This document shows positions 50,176-64,000 of a DNA stretch of 64,000 nt, piece by piece (positions within the stretch are counted from its first letter, which is position 1; every line of letters begins with the position of its first letter). This DNA comes from Chiloscyllium plagiosum. Taxonomy: Eukaryota. The translations under genes were made by a program, and so were the position numbers. The notes beneath the pieces were generated by a model. That model worked only from the letters and a program-made list of their open reading frames with translations. It was not told the DNA's origin and ran no database searches. The stretch covers positions 52,824,498-52,888,497 of the forward strand of contig NC_057718.1 of NCBI RefSeq assembly GCF_004010195.1, given 5' to 3'.

Positions 50176-50866
50176 AGTGCTGAGTGCTATCAGCATACTT
50201 CTGGAACCTGCCCTCTGATGATGTCTCCAAGGGACAGTATGTACTTCAGAATAGATGCTATCAAAGATGGCTCCAGGGTTAATGCTGCAACATTGGATTA
50301 AAGAACGATTCTTGGTAGAGTTCTTGTGAAAAGATAGTGTGGTCATCATGTTAAAGTCTGCTGACAGTTTGAGAGGATGAAGAGGGATGGAACATACATG
50401 TACAGGGATTTTATCAGCGGTATTTGATGCCCAAAGTCATTGTTATGATGAGGTGAGAAGAAGGCATAAGCTCCACAGTTTTTAAACTCCTCTCGGCTGA
50501 TTACAGGTAGATGTACAATTATTAGAATTCAATTAAAATGTTATTTCCTAGTACATGTAGGAACAAATTACTAAGATTTCTTCAGTGAAACAAAGAAGAA
50601 TTTTATTATACACCAACCCTGTGAAAAACTAATGAAGTTGCATTATCAAACACACACACACACAAATGCAGGTAATAAGTTTAAAAGTAAGACTACCTGG
50701 TATAGGCAGGAAGAAATAAGGATACACAGTTTAATAGTCCTTGAAGTTTTGATGCGTTGGCTTTTAAACCTAAGGCTACAGATGATTAATTGTTGACCTG
50801 CATCTGCAGCAATAACAACAGGTTACTTTTTCACTGAGCACATTTTCCAAAATGATGAGAGAACCA

Positions 50867-53800
50867 GATAGGGCAAGAGAGAGAAATCCTGACGTCTTTG
50901 ATTGTGTTTTTGGGATCCCTGCAGGGGAGGGGGAGCAGCCCCAAGTCATGATCCACATAGGTACCAATGACATAGGTAGGAAGAGAGATGGGGATTTAAG
51001 GCAGAAATTCAGGGAGCTAGGGTGGAAACTTAGAGCTAGAACAAACAGAGTTGTTATATCTGGTTTGTTGCCAGTGCCATGTGCTAGCGAGGCGAGGAAC
51101 AGGGAGAGAGAGGAATTGAACACGTGGCTACAGTGATGATGCAGGAGGGAGGGTTTTGGATTCTTGGATATTTGGAGCTCTTTTTAGAGTAGATGGGACC
51201 TCTACAAATTGGATGATCTTCACCTGAACTAGAGGCGTACCAATATCGTGGGGAGGAAATTTGCTAATGCTCTTCAAGTGGGTTTAAACTAATTCAGCAG
51301 GGGGATAGGAACCAAAATTGTAGTTCCAGTTTCCAGGAGGTTGAGAATAGTGAAGTCAGAAATAATGTTTCTAGATCGCAAGAGTGCACCAGCAAGCAAA
51401 AGGTTGATTTGAACTGTGTCTATTTTAACACCAGGAGCATCCGGAATAAGGTAGGTGAATTTGCAGCATGGGTCGGTACCTGGGATTTAGATGGTATGGC
51501 CATTTCAGAGACATGGGTAGAGCAGGGGCAGGGATGGTTATTGCAGGTTCCGGGATTTAGATGTTTCAGTAAGAACAGAGAAGGTGGTAAAAGAGGTGGG
51601 AGTGTGGCATTGTTAGTCAAGGACAGTATTAACAGCTGCAAAAAGGACATTTGAGGACTCATCAACTGAGGTAGTATGGGCTGAGGTGAGAAACAGGAAA
51701 GGAGAGGTCACCCTGTTGGGAGTTTTCTGTAGGCCTCCAAATAGTTCCAAAGATTTAGAGGAAAGGCTAGCAAAGATGATTCGCGATAGGAGCGAGAGTG
51801 ACAGGGTAGTTGTTATGGAGGACTTGAACTTCCCAAATATTGATTGGAATACTATAGTTCAAGTAGTTTGGATGGGTCATCCTTTGTCCATTGTGTGCAG
51901 GAGGTTTTCTGACACAAGATGTAGACAGACCAACGAGGAGTGAGGCCACATTAGATTTGGTACTGGCTAATGAACCGGGTCAGGTGTTAAAATTGGAGGT
52001 AGGTGAGCACTTTGATGATAGTGACCACAATTCAGTTAGGTTTACTTTAGCGATGGAAAGGGATAGGTATATACTGCAGGGCAAGAGTTATAGTTGGGGG
52101 AAAGGTAATTATGGTGTGATTAGACAACATTTAGGATGCACAGGATGGGAAACAAAACTGCAGGAGATGGGCACAATAGAAATATGGAGCTTATTCAAGG
52201 AACAGCTACTGTGGATCCTTGATAAGTATATACCTGTCAAATAGGGAGGAACTTGTCAAGTGCAGGAGCCATGGTTTACGAAGGAAGTTGAAACTCTTGT
52301 CAAGAGGAGTAAGAAGGCTTATGTTAGGATGAGATGTGGAGGCTCAGTTAGGGCGATTGAGAGTTACAAGGTAGCCAGGAAAGACCTAAAGAGAGAGCTA
52401 AGATGAGCGAGGAAGGGACATGAGGGGACATGTTGGCAGATAGCATCAGTGAAAATTCGAAAGCTTCCTATAGGTATATAGGGATAAAAGAATGACTAGA
52501 GTAAGAGTAGGACCAATAAAGGACAGTCATGGGAAGTTGTGTATGGATTCAGAGGAGATAGGAGAAGTGCTAAATGAATATTTTTCATCAGTATTCACAC
52601 TGGAAAAAGACAATGTTGTCGAGGAGAATATTGAGAAACAGGCTAATAGACTAGATGGGATTGAGGTTCACAAAAAGGAGGTGTTAGAACTTCTGGAAAG
52701 TGTGAAAATAGATAAATCCCCTGGGCCAGATGGGATTTATCCAAAGATTCTCTGGGAAGCTAGGGAGGAGATTGCCGAGCCTTTGGCTTTGATCTTTATG
52801 TCATCATTGTCTGCAGAAATAATACCAGAAGACTGGAGGACAGCAAATGTTGTTCCCTTGTTCAGGAAAGAGAGTAGAGACACCTTGGTATTATAGACCA
52901 GTGAGCCTTACTTCGGTTGTGGATAAAGTGTTGGAAAAGGTTACAAGAGATAGGATTTATAATCATCTCGATAAGAATAAGTTGATTAGGCATCGTCGAC
53001 ATGGATTAGTGAGGGGTAGGTTGTCTCTCACAAACCTTACTAAGTTCTTTGAGAAGGTAACAAAACAGGCGGATGAGGATAAAGCCATTGATGAGGTGTA
53101 TATGGATATCAGTAAAGCGTTTGATAAGTGTCCCAAGGGAGGCGACAGCACAAAATACAGAGGCATGGGATTGAGGGTGATTTAGCGGTTTGGATCAGAA
53201 ATTGCCTAGCTGAAAGAAGATAGAGGGTGGTGGTTGATGGGAAATGTTCATCCTGGAGTTCAGTTACTAGTGGTGTACCGCAAAGATCTGTTTTGGTCCA
53301 CTGCTATTTGTCATTTTTATAAACAACCTGGGTGAGGGAATAGAAGGATGTGTTAGTCAATTAGCGGACAACACTACGGTCGGTACAGTTGTGGGTGGTG
53401 CCAAAGGATGTTGTAGGTTACCGAGGGATATGGAGTAGCAGCAGAGCTGGACTCAGAGGTGGCAAATGGAGTTTAATGCAGAAAAGTGTGAAATGATTCA
53501 CTCTGGAAGGAGTAACATGAATGTAGAGTACTGGGTGAATGGTAAGATTCTCGGTAGTATAGATGAGCAGAGAGATCTCGATGTCCATGTTCATAGATTC
53601 CTCAAAGTTGCCACCCAGGTTGATAGGGCTGTTAAGAACGCATAGTGTGTTAGCTTTTATTAGTAGAGGGATCGAGTTTCGAAATCATGAGGTCATGCTG
53701 CAGCTATACAAACCTCTGGTGTGGCTGCACTTGGAGTATTGTGCACAGTTCTGGTCACTGTGTTATAGGAAGAATGTGGAAGCTTTGGAAAGGGTGCAGA

Positions 53801-54242
53801 GGAGATTTACTCGGATGTTGCCTGGTATGGAGGGAAGGTCTCACAAGGAAAGGCTGAGGGACTTGAGGCTGTTTTCGTTCCAGAGAAGAAGGTTGAGACG
53901 TGACGTAATTGAAAGGGTTAGATCGAGTTGGCAGTGAGAGCCTTTTCCCTCAGATGGTATTTGCTAGCAGGAGGGGTCATAGCTTCAAATTGAGGGGTGA
54001 GATATAGGACAGATGTCAGAGGTAGTTTCTTTACTCAGAGTGTCGTAGGGGCATGGAACACACTGCCTGCAACAGTTGTAGACTTGCCAACTTTATGGGC
54101 ATTTAAATGGACATTGGATAGGCATATGAGCGAGAATGGAATAATGTAGCTTAGATGGGCGACAGATTGGTTTCACAGGGTGGTGCAACATCGAGGGCCA
54201 AGGGGCCTGTACTGCGTTGTAATGTTCTATGTTCTATGTTCT
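50867..54242 (+). mobile_element. CR1 LINE with SGNH-esterase ORF1 3' half and ORF2 (EN-RT), decayed
   Basis: HIGTNDIGR, YFNTRSIRNK, ISETW, DSDHNSV, KSPGPDGIYP, YMDISKAFDK; (GTTCTAT)n tail. Confidence 0.95.
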
Positions 54243-54289
54243 CATGCTCTCTCTCTTTTGCCATTTCCCATGCCATTAAAAATAAAATT

Positions 54290-56350
54290 CTAAGTGTTGG
54301 TGGTGTGCATGCAAAACACACTGATTCACCAATAGGGGAAGTTTCTTACTGCTGAACCCCGCCCCCCCCCCGCCTCCCCATCATCTAAATGGCAGAAATG
54401 AGCATGCAATAAATAAACAGGAAACTCTGCGCCAGGGTTGGCACATTCTTGCAAAACTCCAAGGCCATTAACATAAAACTTGAGAGCTCTAATATGGCAG
54501 ATTCAAATTTTTATTGAAAATAGTTCACATTACATTAGTTTCACTTTATTCATGTGTGTATCATCATCATTATTTGTTGAAGCTTTCTGAGTCATAGAGC
54601 TAAAAGCACTGTCATGCATCTTGGTTGACACTGATTGTTAGTTACAGGAGAGGTGTGGGCATGTGTAGAAGAAACAGTGTCTTTAAACATTTTTGTTCAC
54701 ATTATATTTATGTTTATGTTAGTGTTCAATATTGTATTCACCACTGGATGGATACGGATGAATTTGCAAACTCGGCTAACCCTCCCTTCTCTGCATAATA
54801 AAGGATATTTTCTGAGATCAGTCTCAGTGATGATAATTGAACACAAAACTGTATAAAGACTCTGCCAGCTAACAACCTGAGATGGACCCACATGTGGACA
54901 GTATTCACCCTAACTTTTCAGTCACTCATTTTCTGACCATGAATCAATAGCAACACCAGCAACCCTCATACACATGTGATATTAGGCCTTTTCCAATTTG
55001 CTCCTCTCTGTTCTTGGTCTCACATCACAAATTCCCTCACTACTTGTTTATACTTTTTGGTCCCACCAGCAAGCTGCTCCCTTCCTTTATTACACAGAGG
55101 AAAGCCTAAGACATTTGTCACAACGACACAAAGCTGACAGTTGCTGTCTTTGAATGATCATGAAATAAGTCCAATTTGATTTTTGTGCGCTGTTGACTTT
55201 TTTTAAAACCTAAATTCATTATTGGGAAATCAAAGTTTTGCATCAGCCCAGTTAAGTTACCTGCACATCATGTTTCTTGCCCTTCTGGGTTCCATGATAT
55301 TCCCTTCATGATCATAGTCATAGAGAATGTTGTGATTTGAGCAATTCCAGTATCATGGAAAGGGCACTTGGGACATTTAATCATAGAATTTCTGGGCAAG
55401 CTGTGCATACATTTGGGAAGCAACAACACATTCAAGGCCTTTGGAGAAGATCAGGGGGGTATTTCTTTAAAAAGAATCAATTGCATAAACAGTCAAACTA
55501 ACACTCTTGTCTGTGTTTGCCACTTATTCCTAACTCAATCAATATTTAGATAATTAATGACACCTATTAGAATGTCCTTGTTATTTTTCGGTTTTTCTCT
55601 GATTCTTCAGCACATTCTTTACTTAATTTCCTGTCCCCTGTTTGGCAGTTTACTGTTCTTGGAGGAAACGAGGTTACCGGACCCCACCAGCCTTGTATAT
55701 GGTTACCATCCTGTTCACAGTATGGTGAAATGCCCAGAGGTGCAGGCAGAAGGTGAATTGTTGCTACTTTGTCACAGTAAATGCCACCAGCTTCTTGCTG
55801 TTACCTCATGCTCACTCTATCTCTGTAACAGCACACATGTAACACCAAGGCTCATGCACTACTATTCTCACTATTACATGCAATATCTTCTCCAACTTGC
55901 TCTAACCTATGACAAACCCATTCCTCAGCCTATATGCTGTAACATTTCCGCCCCCTTGACTGCTGACTACTGACAACCATGCTGAGCAGTCTGGCTTCAT
56001 ACCAGTGCTGAATAACAAGGCAATGCACCATTAATGCAAGCCTTCACATTCTGACTGATGAGGCAAAAATGCAAAAAGGCCAGGCAAGGCAAGACAAGTG
56101 AAGGATGCTGGGAGCATTTAGGTAGATTAGAAGAGAATGAGCACCACGAGAACAAGTGAGCAGGCCTGAAATACAGCCTACTCCTATTAATGAACTGGCT
56201 GATTGTCCAAGCATTCAAAGTGTCCTTGCAGCAGCATTGCAATGAAAGGTGCTGGTACTCCAAAGTATGCCATTACCATGCATAACCATGTGACACCCCC
56301 AGATTTCTCACCATACCCCATGTTGTTCAGGGTCTGCTCAGATTCCACTC
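54290..56350 (+). mobile_element. Decayed PIF/Harbinger transposon
   Basis: Remnants TV*RLCQL, PSGxHD-like and MERALGTFNHR (cf. IERxxGxLKxRF); Myb-like QCRKKVN-type segment with a GTAAAT donor near 55780. Confidence 0.4.
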
Positions 56351-56519
56351 TGACTAACATTGTAAACTTCCTCTATGTTTTCTAAGTTTGTCCTTGCTAG
56401 GTATTTTGGACTCCAGAATGGTCATTCTACAGATCCGAAGAAATGGAGCTATTAATGCAATTATTGTATATCCTCCTCTCACCACACCACCAATTTGCAT
56501 CTCGAGCTCACTAATTTTG

Positions 56520-57015
56520 CTTTTTCTCCTCAGGAAAGATATTATTGCTATAGAGAGAGTGCAATAAAGTTTCACCAGACTAGATAGTGTGACTGTCCCA
56601 TGAAGGCAGGTTGGGAAAACTTGGCTTGTATTATCTGGAGTTGGAATGAATGAAAAGTGATCTCATTGAAACCTACAAAGTACTTAAAGGAATAGACAGG
56701 GTAGATGCAGCTAAGATGCTTTGCCTGATTGGGGAGACTAGAACGAGGGAACAAACTTTTAAAATAAGGGAGATGTCTTTTAGTGCAGAGGATTTCTTTC
56801 TTAATCAGAGGCTGTGAATCTTTGGAATTCTGTACCCCAGAGGGCTGTGGAAACTTAGTCTCTGAATATGATTAAAGTACAAACTGACGAATTTCTTAAT
56901 ATTAATGGTATAAAGGGTTATGGCTATAATATTGAAATGTTTGTTCAGCTATGATTGTGTTAAATGGTGGGGATAACTTGAAGGACTGAGTGGTTTAATC
57001 TTGCTCCTACTATGC
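56520..57015 (+). mobile_element. CR1 3' fragment
   Basis: KDIIAIERVQ..FTRL..SDLIETYKVLKGIDRV..NLWNS; CR1 tail. Confidence 0.85.
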
Positions 57016-57759
57016 TAACTAAAACAGCTTTTCATTATTAAGAAAGAAGACATAATCAAAATTGTGCAATATTTTATAAATGCACTGACATTTGATCAGT
57101 GAGAAACCAGGACCAGTTCTGCTTTAACGTTTTTAAAAAGCTGCATCTTCCCAAACACATTACGTAATTATTGTGATTACATTAGTGTCCTGGGCCAACC
57201 ACATATCATAAAACAGGATCAAAATAACATGATACTTTCCTTGCAATTGAAAGAGAGTGAGAAGAGCCCAGGTCAATGAGCAATGGAAAACAAATATTTT
57301 ATGCAGAAATCATTTTTAGCATTGCTTTTACAGTAGCATAGAAGCATTCGTTTTTATTAAATCACATCTATAACAGCAATTCTTTTTGTTTTCAGTTTAG
57401 TAATCACATCATTTTTGTATGAGTAATTGAAGTAATACATGTTCAAATTCCATGATAACAATCTGCAAATTTAAAATCAGTTTCAAAAATCTTTGGACTA
57501 AAGTGTTAGTGTAATAAGACTAATCAGGATGTTGTCAGACTGACACAAAGATTAAATTACTCTGTGAGGATCATTGTGGAAATAATACTGCTACCTAGTT
57601 TGCCCATGACTCTAATTCCAACCAATGTGGTTGGCTCTCAACTGCTCTCTGGAATGATCTGACAAGCAGTTCAGTGGCATCAAAGTAATAAGGCCTATTA
57701 TCACTACCTTGGTGAAGTGGATAAAGACTTTTTGGTGCTGTAATGTTTCTCTCATGGTG

Positions 57760-58115
57760 AAACAGTACATCAGAGTGTGGGTCCAGTTTTCGTTCAAAGA
57801 CTTGAGCATATAACACTGGCTCAGCCTCCACTGATGTACGAAAGGAGAAATGTTGGGTGTTTCAAGTTTTGGATGTGACACTGAACCAAGTCCCTGCCTG
57901 TTTTATCAGGCATTATTTTGATGAAGAGGATGGGAGTTTCATTTGGGGAGTTCTGCCCGATATTTATTTCTCAGCTCTCCCCCCCCCCCCCCCCCCCTCC
58001 CGCCAGCATCACTGTAACAGTTTATTTGATTATTATCAATTTACTCTTTTGAGGACCTACTGAACACAAGTTTGTTGCTGTATTTTCCATATTAGTACAG
58101 TGCCTAAGCTGCAAA
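57760..58115 (+). mobile_element. DeuSINE (SacSINE1-like) degenerate copy
   Basis: 'gacttgagca..tttggatgtgacactgaaccaag..gcattattttgatgaagag..atatttatttctca..catcact..aacag' follows the Deu-domain SINE layout as I recall it. Confidence 0.6.
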
Positions 58116-59959
58116 CATAGACAGATGTAAGACTTTTTTTATTTTATTCTCAATGGATGTTTTTATTAACAGATGCTTCTATACTAAAAATGCTTTATTT
58201 GAAGGGGAAACGAGCTTTTTTCAACTTTAGCATCATAATCAGAATCCCCTAGCATTCTGTCAGTTCTCATTTTGCAAGAGCCACAGTCCCTTTTTATGTT
58301 AACAATACAATCCTCCACTGTATTGTTCGTGTTTACTTTCAAAGAGATTCAGTAAGATGAGATGTTCTCCTATTTACTTGAATGAAACCTTCATTTTCAG
58401 ACAGTGACATTACAAAACTCTTCTCACACAATCAATTGTTTTGTTGAGTTTGCAGCTGTAAATTCACAATTGCTTAACTTTCCTATGGGGAAATCATGTG
58501 ATTTAGTTAAGTAATCATAATTAGATATGAATAGTTACGTCATGTAGCAGAGTAGATACCAGCTGTGGCACTGCATGCGCAGAATGTCAAGATATTTTTT
58601 CAACCATAATGCAGTGTTTGATTTGTTTATCACTAATGTCCATGACAAAAGAAACCTCATTTACTAACTTGAAAAATGCACACCTTTTGTAGATGCAATT
58701 TTGTAAGGCATTTCTGTCAGCTATAAAATGAAGAGGCTTAAAATTTTTTAACATTTCCTCCATCCCTATGGAACAGAAGGTTGCAGATGTTCCTTTGTAC
58801 AACAGAAAAACCTGTATTAAACATCTTTGTACTGTGCTTGCAAGAACATTTCAATCTTCAGTGCAAGAAACCCTTAGGGAGTGAAGTAGCCCAGCTGTAT
58901 ACCCTGGTTAGCTGTTATATTGTAGCAAATTCCATCTCCTGCATTCAATCCAATGACAATGAACAAACTAATTTTAGTTGTTTATTGTCAAGAATGGCTG
59001 CTTGACAGCAAGTGAAGTAAAAATTGATTCTGAAAACTGTGAAGTGAAAAATGGAAATCAGATAGGGCCACAAGCTTTTGTCTAATAATTTTACTGGAAA
59101 AAGTAGTCATGAGCACAAAGGAGCTTAATGCCAGTAGAGAGTGTTAAAAGAGTACTTATCCATGTTTGGCACTGCTTTGGTCATTGTTCACTTTCCAAAA
59201 TGCTCTGATGAGCTCTTTAAACTTTTCCCCCAACTTGAAAAGCAGTCTCGGAGTTCAAGGGAGGAGGGTCACACATAGTTACTGTACCTCCACTACAAAG
59301 GTTATGTCATGTTCTTGATAGATTCCCCTCCACCAGATTTAAACAGATCATCTATATTGTACAATGTCTCCATTATATGGGGACATTAAGGTCTGGCACG
59401 TGAAGGCTTGCTACTTGTTTCTTCAGTCTGACTATTCTCTCAGTGTCTATCTCTTGTATTGTTGTCACTTCCTCCTTTGCAGAACTTTTCACACATTTCT
59501 ACTGCACTTAGCTTCCTTCTCTCTTTCTATTTTTTTCTGTCCAATTTGCATTCGCACCCAATCTTCCCAATTTACTGGCATTTCACACCTCACATATCAC
59601 CACTGCATCTCACTACAAATATCTCATTTATTTCATTTGAGACCTACTACCCATGTACTAATTTCTACCTCAATTCTTAAAGTATCTGTGATTTGAATAC
59701 TGTATTTACACATTTTATCTGGCTGTATGTAAATTGGCAGATTCTACTATCTGTAATGGGTTCAGTGGTACTCCCTGAAATTCTGCTTCCAGCTCCAGTA
59801 GTTTAATATCACTGCGAAAATTTCAGTGCTAGCTTTCTAGCATTTTAAAATAGGAATATAGGTCACATTAAAATTTGCACATCACAAATGGAGCTCTATT
59901 CAATAACCTTACGAGGTAGCAAACCTAAGATTTCTTCCTTGTTTCCATTGGTTCAAGAA

Positions 59960-60250
59960 TTAGATCCTTATTTGCAGACAGAGGAATTTAACCATTGTGA
60001 GTAGGCATGGAATGTTTCTCAATGTACACCAAAGAACTTGTACTACACAACTTGTCATCACATCATATGTACTGCAAAACTGCTGGAAGAGGATGATCAA
60101 GTTGAGGAAGATTATTATAATGAAGAAGAGAATGAGGAGAAGGAGAGATGGAGTGTTTATCTTGTGGATAATGACAATGATGAATGCAAAGTGAATGATG
60201 ATATGAAAGGGAAAGTCAGGATGAAACCCATAGATGAGTCCCTGCTCTAA
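59960..60250 (+). pseudogene. Possible HARBI1-like transposase C-terminal remnant
   Basis: QLVITSYVLQN resembles the I.ACC.LHN motif and is followed by an acidic E/D tract in another frame. Confidence 0.35.
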
Positions 60251-60409
60251 CATCCTGCTTCTTGTTCTCTTATTGTTATGTCTTCAATGTGACCTCCTTC
60301 AACAATTGTTTTTTCGTCTACATGATTCAGATCAGATATTCTTTCCCTTGAAGAAAATAGAATATCCTTACTAAAGATGATACATATAAAGCCAAAGGAA
60401 TATAGGGTA

Positions 60410-60920
60410 TAAATAGTCATTTGACAGTGTAGAATCTAAATAGTGCTGAGAAAACACACATTTTGTTGATGGTTTTCATCTTGCAAACATCAGGACAAGA
60501 ATACCAATAATGAATAAATAAATAAACAAGCAAACATGTAATTATATAAATATATACCCAAGAATACCAATAAAAGCAGATAAAGATCAACATTTATATA
60601 AAATGAGATGAAAGTACTGATTGGTTGGCAATTAGTCATGGCATTGCCCTTAGAAATGAACCAGTGAATGGCCATCACTGGCTTTGTTGATTTGGAAAAT
60701 GTTCAACGTGTGCATATGTTCAATCAGTCTGCAAGGAACAGGGCCTTTTGTATTAATAAGCGTAACTTCCAGGACTCGCAGGTAAGCCACATGACCAACC
60801 CATTGAACAACACTAAATTGGTTGTCGGTGTAATTGTTTACATAGTCAGGATTATCCAGTAAGTGTTGTCCAATTGCAGAACCATATCTAATATTGGGCA
60901 TTGTAGGCTGACAGCCCAGT
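60410..60920 (-). mobile_element. Penelope-like element 3' end (second family)
   Basis: SAIGQHLLDNP...FSVV..LRVLEVTLINTKGP (GIY-YIG C-terminus); decayed hammerhead-like ctgatgt-ttgcaagat-gaaa on the minus strand at ~60475-60494. Confidence 0.7.
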
Positions 60921-61709
60921 GTAATTTTGAAGTATTTCAAAAGACAGTATTATGGACAGATTTGTATGCAGTTTAAAACAGAAGGTGTTCACAGAAAGTT
61001 GACAGTGCCCAAAGTTAAGCTCATTATCATATCAGTAACTGGAATTACTAAAGAATATAAATTCTTATGTTTGTACCTGCGTAATAATTCTGAAGAGGAT
61101 TCACACCCAATGTGTCTGTCTCGATAAACAAGATTTTACAATTGCAAGCATGTAAGAGGAGAAAGCGAAATGGAAAGAAAAAACTAAATTTAAACTATCA
61201 GCTTCAAAATATAACACTTCAATGGCCTGATCATGTGAATAAGGCTTATATGACCTTAAAGACAGCAGAGGTTTCTGGCCTGACCAGACTCTGTAGTTCT
61301 GAACAATAATTGCAGTATAAATAGATATTGTGCCTTTTTTGCATCACAACTGGTAGACAGTAATGGTTCAGAGGTGATTGCTTTTGGAAAACCTAATCAT
61401 GAGAAAGATTAGGTGGAAACAACATTTTTTGAACATTTATATTATTTTTCTCCTCCTCCCTCAAGAAGCCATTACTTTCTGAAAAATGACCAAATGTGAA
61501 GCTTATCTTCTCCATTTAACTGTCTGCCTTTGTCACCATTGCTATAATTCCAATCTCGTAAAATATGAGTTCCAATCTAAATCTTTTCATTCAAAACAGA
61601 CCTCTTCATTTCTGTAATTCACTGCATGCACCAACAATAATTAAATATGCTTTTCATGTCTGGACATGGCTTATATATATTTTTTTTTCTTCTTGTGTTA
61701 TATGCAAAC

Positions 61710-62177
61710 TGAGACCCAGTATAACATATGAGGAATGTTTGAGGACTCTGAGTCTATACTCAATGGAGATTAAAAGGATAAGGGGAGATCGAATTGAAAT
61801 TTACTGAATACTGAATAGCCTGGACAGAGTGGATGCTGGAAAAATGTTTCCATTGGTAGGAGATGCTAAGACCCATGGACCCAGCCTTAGAGTAAAGGGA
61901 AGACCTTTTAGAAGAGATAAGGAAAAAGGTCTTCAGCCAGAGAGTGGTGAATCTATGGAACTCATTGCCACAGAAAGTTGTGGAAACCAGGTCATTTAGT
62001 GTACTTAAGACAAAGATAGATAGATCAATTGTCAAGGGGATCAAGGGTTATGTGGAGAAAGCGGAAGAATAGGGTTGAGAAACCTATCCGCCATGATTGA
62101 AGGTGGAGCAGACTCGATAGGCATGAACGGCTTAACTTCTGCTCCAAAGTCTTAAGTTCTGATGGTCTTATGGTCTG
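61710..62177 (+). mobile_element. CR1 3' fragment
   Basis: TYEECLRTLSLYSMEIKRIRGDRIEIY; QRVVNLWNSLP; tail tcttatggtct. Confidence 0.88.
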
Positions 62178-62179
62178 AT

Positions 62180-64000
62180 CCCCTGTTGCCATTCCCTTCA
62201 ACAATAAGTATACCATTTTGGATACTGTTGGGGGGACGACTTACCAGGGGAAAGCAGTGGGGCACAGGGCTCTGGCACAGAGTCTGTCCCTGCTGCTCAG
62301 AAGGGAAGGGGGAAGAGGAGCAGAGCAGAAGTCTTTGGGGACTCCATAGTTCGGGGGACAGATAGGAGGTTCTGTGGGGACGAGAGAGACTCACGGTTGG
62401 TGTGTTGCCTCCCAGGTGTCAGGATTCGTGATGTCTCTGATCGTGTTTTTGGGATCCTTAAGGGGGAGGGGGAGCAGCCCCAAGTCGTGGTCCACATAGG
62501 CACCAAAGACATAGGTAGGAAGAGAGATGGGGATTTAAGGCAGAAATTCAGAGAGCTAGGATGGAAGCTGAGAGCTAGGACGAACAGAGTTGTTGTCTCT
62601 GGTTTGTTGCTAGTGAGGCAAGGAAAAAGAAGAGAGAGGAGTTGAACACATGGCTATAGGTGTGGTGCAGGAGGGAGTGTTTTGGATTCTTGGATACTTG
62701 GGGCTCTTTCTGGAGTAGATGGGACCTCTACAAGCAGGATGGTCTTCATCTGAACCAGCGGGGTACCAATATCCTGGGGGGGATATTTGCTAAGGCTATT
62801 GGGGTTGGTTTAAACTAATACAGCAGGGGGATGGGAACCAAAACTGAAGTTCGAGTATAGAAAAGGTTGAGAATACAGAGGTCTGAAATCAGGTTTCAGG
62901 GACGCAAGTTAGCACCGGCTAGCAAGAAGTTGGTTTGAAGTGTGACTACTTCAATGCCAGGAGCATCCAGAATAAGGTGGGTGAACTTGCAGCATGGGTT
63001 GGTGCCTGGACAGGGACAGGAATGGTTATTGCAGGTTCCAGGATTTAGATATTTCAGTAAGAACAGAGAAGATGGTAAAAGAGGGGGAGGTGTGGCATTG
63101 TTGGTCAAGGATAGTATTACAGTTGCAGAAAGGATGTTTGGGCCTATAGGCCTCTGAATAGTTCCAGAGGTGTAGAGGAAAGGATAGCAAAGATGATTCT
63201 CGATAGGAGTGAGAGAGACAGGGTAGTTGTCATGGGGGACTTCTACTTTCCAAATATCGACTGGGAACACTACAGTGCGAGTACTATAGATGGGTCAGTT
63301 TTTGTTCAGTGTGTGCAGGAGGGCTTTCTGACACAGTATGTAGACAGGCCAACAAGGGGCGAAGCCACATTAGATTTGGTACTGGATAATGAGCCCGGCC
63401 AGGTGTTAGCCTTGGAAGTAGGTGAGCACTTTGGTGATAGCGATCACAATTCTGTTATGTTTACTTTAGTGATAGAAAGGGATAGGTGTATACTACTTGG
63501 GCAAGATTTACAGCTGGGAGAAAGGCAATTACGATGCAATTAGGCAAGATTTAGGAAGCATAGGATGGGGAAGGAAACTGCAGGGGATGGACACATTAGA
63601 AATATGGAGCTTATTCAAGGAAAAGCTACTGTGTGTCCTAGATAAGTATGTACCTTAGATAAGTATGTACCTGTCAGGCAGGGAGGAAGCTGTAGAGCGT
63701 GGGAGCCGTGGTTTACGAAGAAAGTCGAATCTCTGGCTAAGAGGAAGAAGAAGGCTTATGTTAGGATGAGATGTGAAGGCTCAGTTAGGGCACTTGAGGG
63801 TTACATGGTAGCCAGGAAAGACCTAAAGAGAGAGCTCAGGAGAGCCAGGAGGAGATATGAGAAGTTGTTGGCGGATAGGATCAGGGTAAACCCTAAGGCT
63901 TTCTATAGGTATTTAAGGAATAAAAGAATGACAAGAATAAGATTAGGGCCAATCAAGGATAGTAGTGGGAAGTTGTGTGTAGAGTCAGAGGAGATAGGGG
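62180..64000 (+). mobile_element. CR1 LINE ORF1 (SGNH/GDSL esterase) and ORF2 endonuclease, runs off the window
   Basis: GDSIVR (block I), CLPG, HIGTKD, DGLHLN (DxxH), VMGDFYFP, GDSDHNSV; same subfamily as the 50867 copy. Confidence 0.93.

Noticed and set aside
50214..50245. CTGATGA as another hammerhead
   Set aside because: No GAAA after a stem; it is the reverse strand of an L2-like RT motif (LSLGDIIR).
55557..55973. 138 aa ORF
   Set aside because: Low-information composition within a probable decayed Harbinger element; no intact domain.

Overview
Eukaryotic, repeat-dense vertebrate DNA, very probably a shark/elasmobranch. The basis is recognition of HE1-type V-SINEs, HER1-type CR1 LINEs with an SGNH-esterase ORF1, and a SacSINE1/DeuSINE-like copy. 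I could not identify an intact host protein-coding gene; the window looks intronic or intergenic. Contents: (1) a decayed Gmr1-like Gypsy LTR retrotransposon on the minus strand (13487-18355) with a SCAN-domain gag, integrase upstream of RT/RNase H, and a 500-N scaffold gap inside; (2) many CR1 LINE copies plus a second CR1/L2-group LINE with its tail-sharing SINE; (3) about a dozen Penelope-like fragments and short Penelope-derived units carrying minimal hammerhead-ribozyme cores (CTGANGA-stem II-GAAA), several arranged as inverted pairs with 12-14 bp target-site duplications; (4) decayed PIF/Harbinger transposons (HARBI1-like transposase and an intron-split Myb/SANT gene); (5) Tc1/Tigger MITEs, solo LTRs, non-coding Rex1-like bipartite retroposons, and a ~160 bp hairpin. 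Most ORFs in the track are transposon debris or chance ORFs. Family names come from motif recognition, not database searches, and boundaries are approximate unless TSDs or termini are quoted.
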